Source: an uncultured Gemmatimonadales bacterium (GTDB lineage: Bacteria > Gemmatimonadota > Gemmatimonadetes > Gemmatimonadales > GWC2-71-9). From it: a stretch of 64,000 nucleotides of DNA. The notes beneath the pieces were generated by a model, which saw only the letters and a program-made list of their open reading frames with translations, did not search any database and was not told the DNA's origin. The translations under genes and the position numbers were made by a program. The number at the start of each line of letters is the position of its first letter. The stretch's first letter is position 1. Below are positions 36,993 to 46,286 of the stretch, one piece after another. The stretch is from contig CAVZZO010000001.1 in assembly GCA_963779755.1 (NCBI GenBank), forward strand, positions 832,001 to 896,000, in the 5' to 3' direction.

Positions 36993-37996
36993 AGCAGCTC
37001 CCGTGCGGCACGCAGGATGTCGGTGACCCCCGGCAGATGCGCCTGCTCCACCGGCGGGCTGGCGGGGATGGGCGCGAAGGCCGGGCCCACCATCCGAACC
37101 CGGTCGAGCGGCAGGCCGCAGCCCGCCTCGGCCAGACGTCCCAGGAGATAGGGTCCCCAGCCGGCCGCGGCGTATCCCTCCTCCACCGACACCAGCCCGC
37201 GGGCGCCGCCGGCGCAACGGGCGATGGGCGCCACGTCCAGCGGCGAGATGAGCGACGGGATGCAGAGGGTGACGGTCGCCTCGTCTTCAATGAGCAGTCG
37301 GTAGGCCGCCTCCAGGGCGTGCGCGGCCATCCCCCCATAGCAGCAGAGAACCAGATCGGCCGTTTCGGCGGGACGGGCGGTGTGAAGCAGGGTGAGCGGG
37401 AGGGCGCCGGGCTCGACTTCGCGCCGGAACCCGCGATCGGCCAGTGCCGCGTCGGTCCAGGGCTCCGCCGGGTAGTCGCTCTTGTTCTCGATGAAGAACT
37501 TGACTGCCGCGGGATGGGCGAAGGCCGCCTGCAGCAACGCCCGGGGGCTCAGGGCCAGGCTGGGCGCAATGACGGCCACCTCGGGCCAGCCGAAGTAGAG
37601 TTTCTCCAGGCTCTGGCTGTGGATAGGCCCATAGCCGCGGCGACCGCCCATGGGTGTCCGGATCAGAACCGACCCGCCGGACGTCTTGCCGCGAAGCCAG
37701 GGAAACTTGGCCGCCCCGTTGATCACGGCGTCCGCCACCAGGGTAACGAAATCGCCGAACATGATCTCGACGATGGGTCGCTGGCCGACATAGGCCAGGC
37801 CGGCCGCCAGCCCCGTGAACCCCGCTTCGGATACCGGCGTCTGCAGCACCTGGCCGGGGAACCGGGTGGAGAGTCCCTCGGTGGCCTTGAAGGCGCCGCC
37901 GTAAGGGTCGCAGATATCCTCGCCCAGGAGCAGGCTGTCGCTGTCCCGCTCCAGGATGTCGGCCAGGCCGGCGCGGATCTCCTCGACGCACCTCAT
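36989..37996 (-). CDS. 2-oxoacid dehydrogenase E1 beta-like subunit
   Basis: LGEDICDPYGGAFKAT.GL, TPVSE, EIMFGDF, GYGPIHSQSLE. Confidence 0.92.
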   Translation of the reverse strand: MRCVEEIRAGLADILERDSDSLLLGEDICDPYGGAFKATEGLSTRFPGQVLQTPVSEAGFTGLAAGLAYVGQRPIVEIMFGDFVTLVADAVINGAAKFPWLRGKTSGGSVLIRTPMGGRRGYGPIHSQSLEKLYFGWPEVAVIAPSLALSPRALLQAAFAHPAAVKFFIENKSDYPAEPWTDAALADRGFRREVEPGALPLTLLHTARPAETADLVLCCYGGMAAHALEAAYRLLIEDEATVTLCIPSLISPLDVAPIARCAGGARGLVSVEEGYAAAGWGPYLLGRLAEAGCGLPLDRVRMVGPAFAPIPASPPVEQAHLPGVTDILRAARELL

Positions 37997-38910
37997 GGCA
38001 CTTCTCCGATTCCCAGGCGCCGGACCGTCTGTTCCGCCTCCCGCCGGATGGCCGCGAACTCGGGGATCTGGCGCTCCAGCAGCAGCATCGGATCCCGGGT
38101 ACGGGCCAGAGCCAACTCCTCCTGATTGCGGCTGTCGTCTCCCTTGCTGTGGGCGCAGAGCCGCGCCGCTTCGACCACGAGTGCGGCCGGCCCCCGGCCG
38201 GAGCGGACCCGGCCCACCAGCGCCCCGGCGAGATCCAGGATCTCGAACACATCGGTGCTGTCGAGCTGCACCACCGGTATGCCCACCGCTTCGAACCGGC
38301 CGGCCGGCAGGCCGGCCAGCACCGTTTCCGTCGCCGCCGACTGGACCAGGTGGTTGTACTCCACGACAAAGAGGAGAGGCAGCGACCAGAGGGAAGCCAG
38401 GTTCAGCGCCTCATAGGCGGCGCCCTCGCACAGGGCGCCGTCGCCGGCAAAGCAGACGACGCAGGCATTCTCCTTGCGGCGCCGGAGCCCGAGCGCGATG
38501 CCCGCCGCCACCGGCAGGGTGGAGCCGAGAATGCCGTTCGACAGGAAGTGGTCGGTGGCCAGCACCTGGCTGCCGCCCCGGCCCCCGGTGACGCCCTCGG
38601 CCAGGCCCCGGAGCTCGGCATGGAGACCGGCGAGATCGCCGGTGAAGGCCAGGTAGTGCCCGTGATTGCGGTGGTTACTGACCACGAAATCGCGGCCGGG
38701 GTCGAGATGCCAGGTTACCCCCACGGCCGTGGCCTCCTGGCCGATACAGCGGTGATAGGTCCCCGCGATCTGCCCCAGCCGGAAGAGCGGGTCCAGCGAT
38801 TCCTCGAACGCGCGGATGAGAGCCACACGGCGCGCCACCGCCGCGCGTTGCAGGGGGGGCAGCGGCGCCGGGGCCGGACGGCCGGCGAGAATCGGATCGG
38901 GGAACACCAC
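37993..38910 (-). CDS. 2-oxoacid dehydrogenase E1 alpha-like subunit (TPP)
   Basis: GTYHRCIGQEA, SNHRNHGH, GRGGS, GDGA...N, RLCAHSKGD. Confidence 0.92.
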   Translation of the reverse strand: MVFPDPILAGRPAPAPLPPLQRAAVARRVALIRAFEESLDPLFRLGQIAGTYHRCIGQEATAVGVTWHLDPGRDFVVSNHRNHGHYLAFTGDLAGLHAELRGLAEGVTGGRGGSQVLATDHFLSNGILGSTLPVAAGIALGLRRRKENACVVCFAGDGALCEGAAYEALNLASLWSLPLLFVVEYNHLVQSAATETVLAGLPAGRFEAVGIPVVQLDSTDVFEILDLAGALVGRVRSGRGPAALVVEAARLCAHSKGDDSRNQEELALARTRDPMLLLERQIPEFAAIRREAEQTVRRLGIGEVP

Positions 38911-38913
38911 GGC

Positions 38914-39948
38914 TCAGGCCCCCGCCGGGGCCGGGTCCCACACCGACCGGTACCAGTTGATGTATTCCACGAAGCCTCGTTCCAGCGGCCAGTTCGGCTG
39001 GTAGCCGATGAGGCGGCGCGCCTTGTCCACCGACAGCGTGCCCCGCCGCGGCATCAGCTGGTCGCGGGGCTGGTACTGGATCGTGGCGTCGGGGAAGTGC
39101 TCCTTGAGGACGGCCGCCATCTGGGCGATGCTGCGCGACTCGCCGTAGGTGAGGTTGAAGATCTGGTCGCGCGCTTCCTCCCGGCGCAGCACCTGGGCGA
39201 CCCCGTGCACCAGGTCGCGGATGTAGGTGAAGTCGAGCCGTTCGTCGCCATCGCCCCTGATGGTGATGGGGTCGCCGCGCAGGGCGTTCTCGATGAAGAT
39301 CTGGCCCACCCGGCGGCTGATGCAGCGCTCGCCGTAGAGCGCGCTGGGCCGCACGATGGTGTATGGGAGCCCGAACACCTGGCCGTAGGCAATGACCAGC
39401 TTCTCGCCTGCGAACTTGAGCGCGCCGTAGATCCCCAAAGGATCGCAGCGCGTGTCCTCCGTGACCTCACCGTCGGTGAAGTTGCCGTAGACCATGCTGC
39501 TGGAGAAATAGACGAAGTGCCGGATCCTGAGCTTCCTGGAGCGGGAGACATCCAGCGCGTTCTCCAGGGTGCGCAGGCTGTGGTCGAAGGTGCTGTGCGG
39601 ATCCTTGTTGGAGCGGTCGGCATGGGCCACCGCGGCCAGATGGACCAGCGCGTCCGGATTGAAGTCGGCCACGGTCTGGCTCAGCAGGTGGTAGTCCCGC
39701 GAGTCCTGGACGAACAGCGGGATGTCCCGCTCCCGAAGCAGCTCCAGCCGCTGCTGGATGACCCGCAGGTACAGCTCCGGATCGATTTTGTCGGCCGTAT
39801 CCCGCCTGACGCTGTAATAGTTGTTTACCGCCAGGCTGTCGATGACGGCCACCTCGGCGCCGGCCTGCTTCAGCGCCAGCGCCAGGTGGTGTCCGATGAA
39901 CCCGGCCCCCCCGACCAGGACGATGCGGCGGTTGGTGAGGTCAGGCAT
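38914..39948 (-). CDS. NAD-dependent nucleotide-sugar epimerase/dehydratase
   Basis: GGAGFIG, HLAA, SSSMVYG, YGALK, RPSALYG, DFTYI. Confidence 0.92.
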   Translation of the reverse strand: MPDLTNRRIVLVGGAGFIGHHLALALKQAGAEVAVIDSLAVNNYYSVRRDTADKIDPELYLRVIQQRLELLRERDIPLFVQDSRDYHLLSQTVADFNPDALVHLAAVAHADRSNKDPHSTFDHSLRTLENALDVSRSRKLRIRHFVYFSSSMVYGNFTDGEVTEDTRCDPLGIYGALKFAGEKLVIAYGQVFGLPYTIVRPSALYGERCISRRVGQIFIENALRGDPITIRGDGDERLDFTYIRDLVHGVAQVLRREEARDQIFNLTYGESRSIAQMAAVLKEHFPDATIQYQPRDQLMPRRGTLSVDKARRLIGYQPNWPLERGFVEYINWYRSVWDPAPAGA

Positions 39949-41104
39949 GCTGCGTCACCTCCTGAATGGCGCCCTCCAGCGATTGGGCGATGAAGGCCAT
40001 GTCGTCGGGGTCGAGGTGCGGCCCCACCGGAAGGGCGATGGACGAATTACAGAGGCGGGATGCCACCGGGAAATCGCTTTCGGTGCCGCCGTAGCGCTCG
40101 CGGTAGAAGGGCATGAGTGGCACCGGGTGGGGGTAGTAGATGCTGGTCTGTACCCCGCGGCGGGTCAGCTCGCGCATGATGTCCACCCGCCGCGCCGCCA
40201 GCGCCGGCGCCAGGATGGCGGAGTGGCAGTAGTAGCTGCTCTGGAAGTCGCCGCCGCCGCCCGAAAGCAGGCTCACATCCTCCAGCTCCCGCAGGGCCGC
40301 GGTCAGCACTTCGTAGTTCTCTTTGCGGCGTGCCAGGAAGTCCGGCAGCCGGCGCATCTGCTCCACACCCAGCGCGGCGCCCAGCTCGTTCAAGCGGTAG
40401 TTGAAACCCAGCTCCTCCACTTCGTACAGGCCCGGAACCTTGCGCTCCTCCGGGACATTCCGGTCGATCCCGAAGGCCCGTTCCCGGGCAATACCGTCGG
40501 CGATAGCCTGGTCGCGGGTAATCAGCATGCCGCCCTCGGCGGTGGTGATGTGCTTCACCGGGTAGAAGGAAAAACACCCCACGTCGCCCCAGAGGCCGGT
40601 GTGCACGTCGCGGTAGGCGGCGCCGAGGGAGAGGGCGCAGTCCTCCACCACAAAGAGCCCGTGACGCTCGGCTAGCGCGCGCACCCGGCCCATGTCCACG
40701 GGCAGTCCCAGGTAATGCACCACCGAGATGCCCCTGGTCCGCGGCGTGATGAGCCCCTCGGCCTGGGTCAGGTCGAGATTGCCGGTCTCCGGCTCGGCAT
40801 CCACGAAGACGGGCGTGGCACCGCAGTATTCCACCGCATGAGCAGTGGCGGTGTGGGTCACCGCCGGGACCAGGACCTCGTCGCCGGGGCCGATGCCCCG
40901 GTGGAACCAGGCCAGATGCAGCGCGGCGGTGCAGGAGGCCAGCGCCACGGCACGGGGCGCCCCGGTGAAGGCGGCGAACGCCGATTCGAATTCCCGGACA
41001 ACCGGCCCGTGCGTCAGGACCGAGCCGTTCAGCACGGCGAGCACCGCCCGGCGCTCCTCCTCGCCGATCATGGGCCGGCCGAATGCGATGGTGCGCTGGG
41101 TCAT
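39941..41104 (-). CDS. DegT/DnrJ/EryC1/StrS sugar aminotransferase
   Basis: SCTAALHL, VEDCA, FSFYPVKHITTAEGG, GFNYRL. Confidence 0.93.
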   Translation of the reverse strand: MTQRTIAFGRPMIGEEERRAVLAVLNGSVLTHGPVVREFESAFAAFTGAPRAVALASCTAALHLAWFHRGIGPGDEVLVPAVTHTATAHAVEYCGATPVFVDAEPETGNLDLTQAEGLITPRTRGISVVHYLGLPVDMGRVRALAERHGLFVVEDCALSLGAAYRDVHTGLWGDVGCFSFYPVKHITTAEGGMLITRDQAIADGIARERAFGIDRNVPEERKVPGLYEVEELGFNYRLNELGAALGVEQMRRLPDFLARRKENYEVLTAALRELEDVSLLSGGGGDFQSSYYCHSAILAPALAARRVDIMRELTRRGVQTSIYYPHPVPLMPFYRERYGGTESDFPVASRLCNSSIALPVGPHLDPDDMAFIAQSLEGAIQEVTQHA

Positions 41105-42141
41105 GCCTTCGCCTCTCCCTTTCCCGCGCCCGCCGGAGCCTGAACCGCGACGGGCGCGCCGCCCTGCTCGAGCGAATCCTCGATCGCAAAGCAGACGTCC
41201 AGCGTCTGGAAGACATCGGTCTCAGTGACGGGCGGCTCGGTACCGCGATGCAGGGCATCCACGAAGTCGCGGGCCAGCTCGGTCTTGTGGACGCCGGGAT
41301 AGGCGGCGGTGACCGGCCGGCCTACGGCCTGCCCCTCCCGCCGCTCGATGAGCGTACCTTCCGCCGGGCCGTTCACGAAGGTGGCCCGGGTACCATAGAC
41401 GGTGAGGCCGTGGAAGTGGGGATGGACGCATCCCATATTGGCCGTCACCTTGCCGATCATGCCGCTCTCGAACCGGAGCAGTGCCGCGACATAATCGGGA
41501 TAGTGGAACGCCGAATCCCGCGTCGCGATCCGGTTGCCGAAGGCGGTTACTTCCGTCACCCGGTCGCCCGTGAGCCAGAGGAGCAGGTCGACCAGGTGCA
41601 CCGCGCCGCCCAGCACGACGGAGTACCAGGGCAGCCGCCCGCGCCAGCCGTCGGTCAGCTTGTGCAGCCGGCCGTAGTTGTACTCGCCGTCGGCCGCGAA
41701 CAGCTGGCCCAGCGTGCCGCCGGCGATTTCCTCCCGCAGCCAGCGGAACCGGGGGGCGCACCGGAGGATCAGGTTGCTGCAGAGCCGCTGGCCCGGATGC
41801 CGGGCCAGCGCCGCGCGGATATCCTCGGCCTCCGCCCGGCTCTGGCAGAGCGGCTTCTCCACGAAGACGTGCTTACCCTGTTCCAGCGCCCGGACGACCT
41901 GGTCGTGATGGGCGTCGTCCCAGCTGGCCACGGAAACGAGGTCGATGCCGGGATCGTCCAGCAGGTCTTCCGCCCGGGTGGTGCGGCGCGCATCCGGGTA
42001 CTTCTCGCCCACCTCCCGCAGAACCCGGGGCGACTGGTCGCAGATCGCGACCAGCCTGGAGTGGGGGCTTCCGGCGTAGGCCTCCGCATGCCGGGCGCCC
42101 ACGCCCAGGCCGATGACCGCGGCCCGGATCGGCGCGTTCAT
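41101..42141 (-). CDS. Gfo/Idh/MocA oxidoreductase
   Basis: AAVIGLG, GKHVFVEKP, GAVHLVD. Confidence 0.92.
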   Translation of the reverse strand: MNAPIRAAVIGLGVGARHAEAYAGSPHSRLVAICDQSPRVLREVGEKYPDARRTTRAEDLLDDPGIDLVSVASWDDAHHDQVVRALEQGKHVFVEKPLCQSRAEAEDIRAALARHPGQRLCSNLILRCAPRFRWLREEIAGGTLGQLFAADGEYNYGRLHKLTDGWRGRLPWYSVVLGGAVHLVDLLLWLTGDRVTEVTAFGNRIATRDSAFHYPDYVAALLRFESGMIGKVTANMGCVHPHFHGLTVYGTRATFVNGPAEGTLIERREGQAVGRPVTAAYPGVHKTELARDFVDALHRGTEPPVTETDVFQTLDVCFAIEDSLEQGGAPVAVQAPAGAGKGEAKA

Positions 42142-42836
42142 CGCGCCACCATCCCGGCGGCGAGGGCCTCGTCCGCCAGGCTCAGGATCTCGCGCCACCC
42201 GTATTCCCAGTGGGGACGGGTCATCCGCTCCACCACCGCTTCGAACCGGGCCACATCCTCATCGGTGTCCACGGAGAGCTGCCGGGCCGAAAAGTCTCCC
42301 GGCGCGTGGAATTCGAGAACACGGTAGGGACGCCGGTAGAAGTAGCGGGTGACGTGTTCCCGGTCGGCCGGGTCGGTCATCAGGGGCAGGGCCTCGCGGA
42401 AGATGCTGGAGCCGAACACCTCGACCGACTGGCCCCGGGGGAAGCTGCGGTGCCGCACGTTGCTCACCGCCTCGGGCTGCTCGCTCCGGAAGAGGGTCAC
42501 CGCGTGGCTCACCAGCCGCTGGTCCAGCAGGGGCGCGTCGCCCGTCACCCGCACAAAGGCGTCGAAGCCGAAGCGGTCGACGACGTCGAGAAACCGCCGG
42601 GCCACGTCGTCCAGCGGCCCCCGGTGCCAGGGTATGCCCCGATCGCGGCAGAACTGCTCGATGGCGTCGTCGTCCGACTCGACCGAGGTGGCCACCACGA
42701 TGCCGTCCAGGTCGCGCGCGCGCCCCAGCCGTTCGAGCAGCCAGGCCAGCAGCGGCTGGCCGCGTACCTGATGCAGCACTTTTCCGGGGCGGCGGGTGGA
42801 GCTCATCCGCGCCTGGACGATGGCGCCGATCTTCAT
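42138..42836 (-). CDS. SpsF-like cytidylyltransferase (CMP-sugar synthetase family)
   Basis: IVQARMSSTRRPGKVL, VVATS, DDVARRF, VRVTGDAP, REHVT, SVDTDED. Confidence 0.9.
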   Translation of the reverse strand: MKIGAIVQARMSSTRRPGKVLHQVRGQPLLAWLLERLGRARDLDGIVVATSVESDDDAIEQFCRDRGIPWHRGPLDDVARRFLDVVDRFGFDAFVRVTGDAPLLDQRLVSHAVTLFRSEQPEAVSNVRHRSFPRGQSVEVFGSSIFREALPLMTDPADREHVTRYFYRRPYRVLEFHAPGDFSARQLSVDTDEDVARFEAVVERMTRPHWEYGWREILSLADEALAAGMVAR

Positions 42837-44233
42837 CGTTTGCCTCCCGTGCCGCGGGCGTGCCGCGCGTGCTGCAGGGTGCGCCGGTACAGGCGCTCCA
42901 GGCTCGAGGTATAGTGCTCCACGGAAAAGCGTTGCCGCTCCTCGCGGCATCCCTGCCGCAGCTGTTCCAGGATCTGCGGCTCCTCCAGCAGGCGCCGGAG
43001 GGCACCGGCCAGCGCGCCGGCGTCGCCGGGAGGGACCAGCAGGCCGCTGCGACCCTCCCTCACCACCTCGGGCAATCCACCTTCGCGTGAGGCGACCACC
43101 GGAACCGCGGCGGCCACCCCTTCGATGGCCGAGTTGCCCAGGGCCTCTTCGATGGACGGCACGACACAGATGGTGCTGAGCGCCAGGTGAGTCACGACGT
43201 CGCGCTGGAAGCCGGCGAAGATCACCCGGTCGGAGACCCCCAGCGCGCGGGCCTGAGCGTCCAGTTCGTCGCGCAGCGGCCCGTCGCCCACCAGCAGCAG
43301 GCGCGCCTTCGGGAAGCGGTCGCTGATCCCGGCGAAGGCCGAAATCAGGAAGCGGATGCCCTTGGCGGGGTAGAAGCGGGTGATGGCGGTGATGACCGGG
43401 GTACCCTTCGGCAGGCCGTAGGCAGCGCGAAGCTTTGCGACCGCGTCGGGATCGGCGGGACGGAGCAGGTCGTCGGGTACCGGGTTGTGCAGGGTATGGA
43501 TCAGGGACGAAGGGAAGCCCATCTGCTGCATGGCGAAGCGGCGGGTGCTCTCCGAGTTGGCCACCACCGCGCTGGTATAACGAGCCAGACGACGGTAGGC
43601 GAACGCCACGTAGCTCGGATACCCGCGGCGCTGGTGCTCGCTGTGGTGGGAGCGCACATGGACCACGGCCGGAGTGCCCGTCAGGATGGCCGCCAGCCGC
43701 CCATAGGTGCAGGCGCCGAAATCCCACAGGTGCAGCAGATGAGGGCGGTGGCGGCGGATCAGTCGTACCAGGGCGAGGATCTGCAGGGGATTGAACCGAT
43801 GGTAGCCCAGGAACCGGACCGGGTTGCCTTCCGAGCGGACCGAGCGGCCCAGCGCCCCTTCCTTCTGCAGCACGACCGGGATGATCTGCACCCGGCTCGG
43901 GTCGAAGGCGGTGGCCATGGCGACCATCATGCGCCCGCTGCCGTGCAGCCGCTCGTCGTAGCCGATATGATCGCAGAGCAGCAGGACCCGCACCGGTTCC
44001 GCCGGCGCGCGCATGGGCCGCTGCTCCGGGACGGCACGCGGGACGGCGGTGGGCGGAACGGCGGCGGTGGCAAGGGTCAGGGGCGATGGCACGGCGACCT
44101 GCAGCTGAGCGGAACTGTGGCGGCGACGGCTGGACGGCGACAGCGCGGGGAGGTGGGCAAGCAGATGGTGTGCCAACCCATGGCCGTGGCGGCCGTGACG
44201 CGGATGGTCAGGCAGCAGCACCTTGATGGTCAT
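42833..44233 (-). CDS. GT4 glycosyltransferase (start at 44233 or 44014)
   Basis: RFYPAKG, LVGDGP, PSIEEALGNSAIEG, GGLPEVV, G.LVPPGD. Confidence 0.88.
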   Translation of the reverse strand: MTIKVLLPDHPRHGRHGHGLAHHLLAHLPALSPSSRRRHSSAQLQVAVPSPLTLATAAVPPTAVPRAVPEQRPMRAPAEPVRVLLLCDHIGYDERLHGSGRMMVAMATAFDPSRVQIIPVVLQKEGALGRSVRSEGNPVRFLGYHRFNPLQILALVRLIRRHRPHLLHLWDFGACTYGRLAAILTGTPAVVHVRSHHSEHQRRGYPSYVAFAYRRLARYTSAVVANSESTRRFAMQQMGFPSSLIHTLHNPVPDDLLRPADPDAVAKLRAAYGLPKGTPVITAITRFYPAKGIRFLISAFAGISDRFPKARLLLVGDGPLRDELDAQARALGVSDRVIFAGFQRDVVTHLALSTICVVPSIEEALGNSAIEGVAAAVPVVASREGGLPEVVREGRSGLLVPPGDAGALAGALRRLLEEPQILEQLRQGCREERQRFSVEHYTSSLERLYRRTLQHARHARGTGGKR

Positions 44234-44407
44234 CTCCCCCCCGCCGAGATCGGGTCCACCTGTGGCAGTCGTGAGAGTCTGGTGTTGCACTCGTCCTGTG
44301 ACGAACGTCACCGGGGGGCGCCGGTTGCGGCGCCAGGATAGACTTATGCTACTGAGGCGGGGTACAACACACCGTGATGTGGGGCACGGGAGGGTGGGAA
44401 GGTGGAG

Positions 44408-44474
44408 GAGAGGAAAGAGAAAAGGACTGAGAGGAAGGCTTGCCCTTTCCTCTCAGTCCTTTTCTCTCAGTCCT
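44408..44474. repeat. Purine/pyrimidine-skewed inverted repeat (AGGACTGAGAGGAA / TTCCTCTCAGTCCT), possible terminator of the desaturase gene
   Basis: AGGACTGAGAGGAA-ggcttgccct-TTCCTCTCAGTCCT with a duplicated CTCTCAGTCCT. Confidence 0.75.
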
Positions 44475-44478
44475 GTCT

Positions 44479-45501
44479 TTATGCGCGGCGCGCGTGCCGG
44501 AAACCGACCAGTTTCCGCTCGCGCTCATCCCATAGCGCGAGGCTGATACAGCGCAGGCTCTGCCACCAGGTTATCCGGGTGACGCGGTGCAGTTCGGGGT
44601 TGCTGTCCAGCACTTCCTGCAGCCGGTAGTTGGGGATGCGGGCGTTGAGATGATGGATGTGGTGCAGCCCGATATTGCCGGTGAGCCACTGCAGCGGCCG
44701 CGGGAGATGATACCAGGAACTGCCTTCCAGCGCGGCCGCCTCGTACTGCCACTGGTCGTTGTGCTCCCAGTAGGTGGGCTCGAACTGATGCTGCACGTAG
44801 AAGAGCCACACGCCGATGGAGCAGGCCAGGACGGTATAGGGAGCCTGCACCAGCAGGAACTCGCGCCAGCCCACCAGCGTGCCGAGCAGCAGCACCACCG
44901 CGGCGAGTCCCAGGTTGGTGCCCATGATGCTCCAGCGCTCACGGGTCCAGCTTCGGGGGACGATGGTCGGCAGACGGTGCACCACCACGAAGTGCGCCAC
45001 GGCACCCACCCCGAAGAGCACAAGGGGATTGCGGTAGACCCGGTACTTGAACCGGCCCCAGGCGGAGAGCTTCCGGTATTCCTCGACCGTCAGCGTGTCG
45101 ATGTCGCCGAACCCGCGATGCTCCAGGTTGCCGCTGGTGGCATGGTGCATCGCGTGGGTCTTCTTCCAGTAGTGGTAGGGCGTCAGGGTAATGACCCCGA
45201 GGACCGATCCGACCAGGTCGGCGGCGCGGTTGGAACGGAAGAACGACCCGTGCCCGCAATCGTGCTGGATGATGAACAGCCGGATCATGAAGAAGGCGGT
45301 GGGCAGCGCCAGCGCCAGCGTGAGCCAGTAGGAAACCCGCAGGCTCAGGTACATCAGGGTCCAGGCCGCCACGAACAGGAGGGCGGTGCTGGCCAGCTGC
45401 CAGATGCTGCTCCGGAGACTCGGGTCCCGGTAGCGGGACAGGCGCGCGCTCAGGGGCTTGGTGCGGCTGACTGGCTCCAATGTGGCGGTATCCCCGCTCA
45501 T
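44479..45501 (-). CDS. Fatty acid desaturase (Bacillus Des-like)
   Basis: His boxes HDCGH, HAMHH, HHIHH; FYVQHQFE. Confidence 0.93.
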   Translation of the reverse strand: MSGDTATLEPVSRTKPLSARLSRYRDPSLRSSIWQLASTALLFVAAWTLMYLSLRVSYWLTLALALPTAFFMIRLFIIQHDCGHGSFFRSNRAADLVGSVLGVITLTPYHYWKKTHAMHHATSGNLEHRGFGDIDTLTVEEYRKLSAWGRFKYRVYRNPLVLFGVGAVAHFVVVHRLPTIVPRSWTRERWSIMGTNLGLAAVVLLLGTLVGWREFLLVQAPYTVLACSIGVWLFYVQHQFEPTYWEHNDQWQYEAAALEGSSWYHLPRPLQWLTGNIGLHHIHHLNARIPNYRLQEVLDSNPELHRVTRITWWQSLRCISLALWDERERKLVGFRHARRA

Positions 45502-45569
45502 TCCGGCTCCTCGGTATGGGTCGATGCGAACACCGGAAAGATAGTCGACCGGTATGGGCTTCTCGACCC

Positions 45570-46187
45570 TCAGACAGGTTGGCCGGGTCCGGATGGGCGA
45601 AATCCCAGTACCTGGACCACCGCCGACTTCCCCCGGTGGTACGTCCCTTCGGCCACCTCGCGCTCCACCTCGCGGGCAATGGCGAGATCCAGGCCGGCCA
45701 GCTCTTCCCGCAGGGCCGGGAGAGTCATCAGCAGTTCAGCAACCGGCGGGCCACCGGTCCCGAACGTCAGCTGGCGCGGCGTATAGGCTTCCAGGACGAA
45801 GGCTCCGCCGGGGCGAAGCCCTTCCACCGCATGGCGATGTACCTGCCGCCGGAGGTCCGGCGGCAGGTGGGCGAAGATGGCCACGATACCCGCCCAGTGG
45901 TTCCGCTCGATGGCGAAATGCTCGAGATCGGCGACCTCTGTGTGAAGTCTGACTCCCCGGGCAGCCCCCAGTTCCCTGGCCCGGGCCATACCAACCGGTG
46001 ACTGATCGACCGCCGTCACTTCATGCCCCAACCGCGCCAGGAACACTGCATTGCGGCCCTGGCCCTCCGCCAGGCAGAGGACCGGACCGGCGGGAATCCG
46101 GTCCGCAACCGATGCGAGAAAGGCGTTCGGCTCGGTGCCGTAGGCATACTCCGGCGCCGCGTAGCGTTCGTCCCAGTGAGTAGGCAT
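45570..46187 (-). CDS. Class I SAM-dependent methyltransferase (TehB-like)
   Basis: WDERY..YAYGTEPNAFL, LCLAEGQGRNA, LRPGG..LEAY, GTGGP. Confidence 0.9.
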   Translation of the reverse strand: MPTHWDERYAAPEYAYGTEPNAFLASVADRIPAGPVLCLAEGQGRNAVFLARLGHEVTAVDQSPVGMARARELGAARGVRLHTEVADLEHFAIERNHWAGIVAIFAHLPPDLRRQVHRHAVEGLRPGGAFVLEAYTPRQLTFGTGGPPVAELLMTLPALREELAGLDLAIAREVEREVAEGTYHRGKSAVVQVLGFRPSGPGQPV

Positions 46188-46286
46188 GTCCGAAATTGGT
46201 GAGTTCTCGATTCCCTCGACGCTATCGATCAACCCGTGCCTCCTTTCCGGTGAATATGGCGCCGCAACGGGGTTGCGCCAGACAGT

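Noticed and set aside
36989..38910. Housekeeping pyruvate dehydrogenase pdhAB
   Set aside because: Divergent sequence, embedded in a glycan operon, no canonical E2 core and no E3
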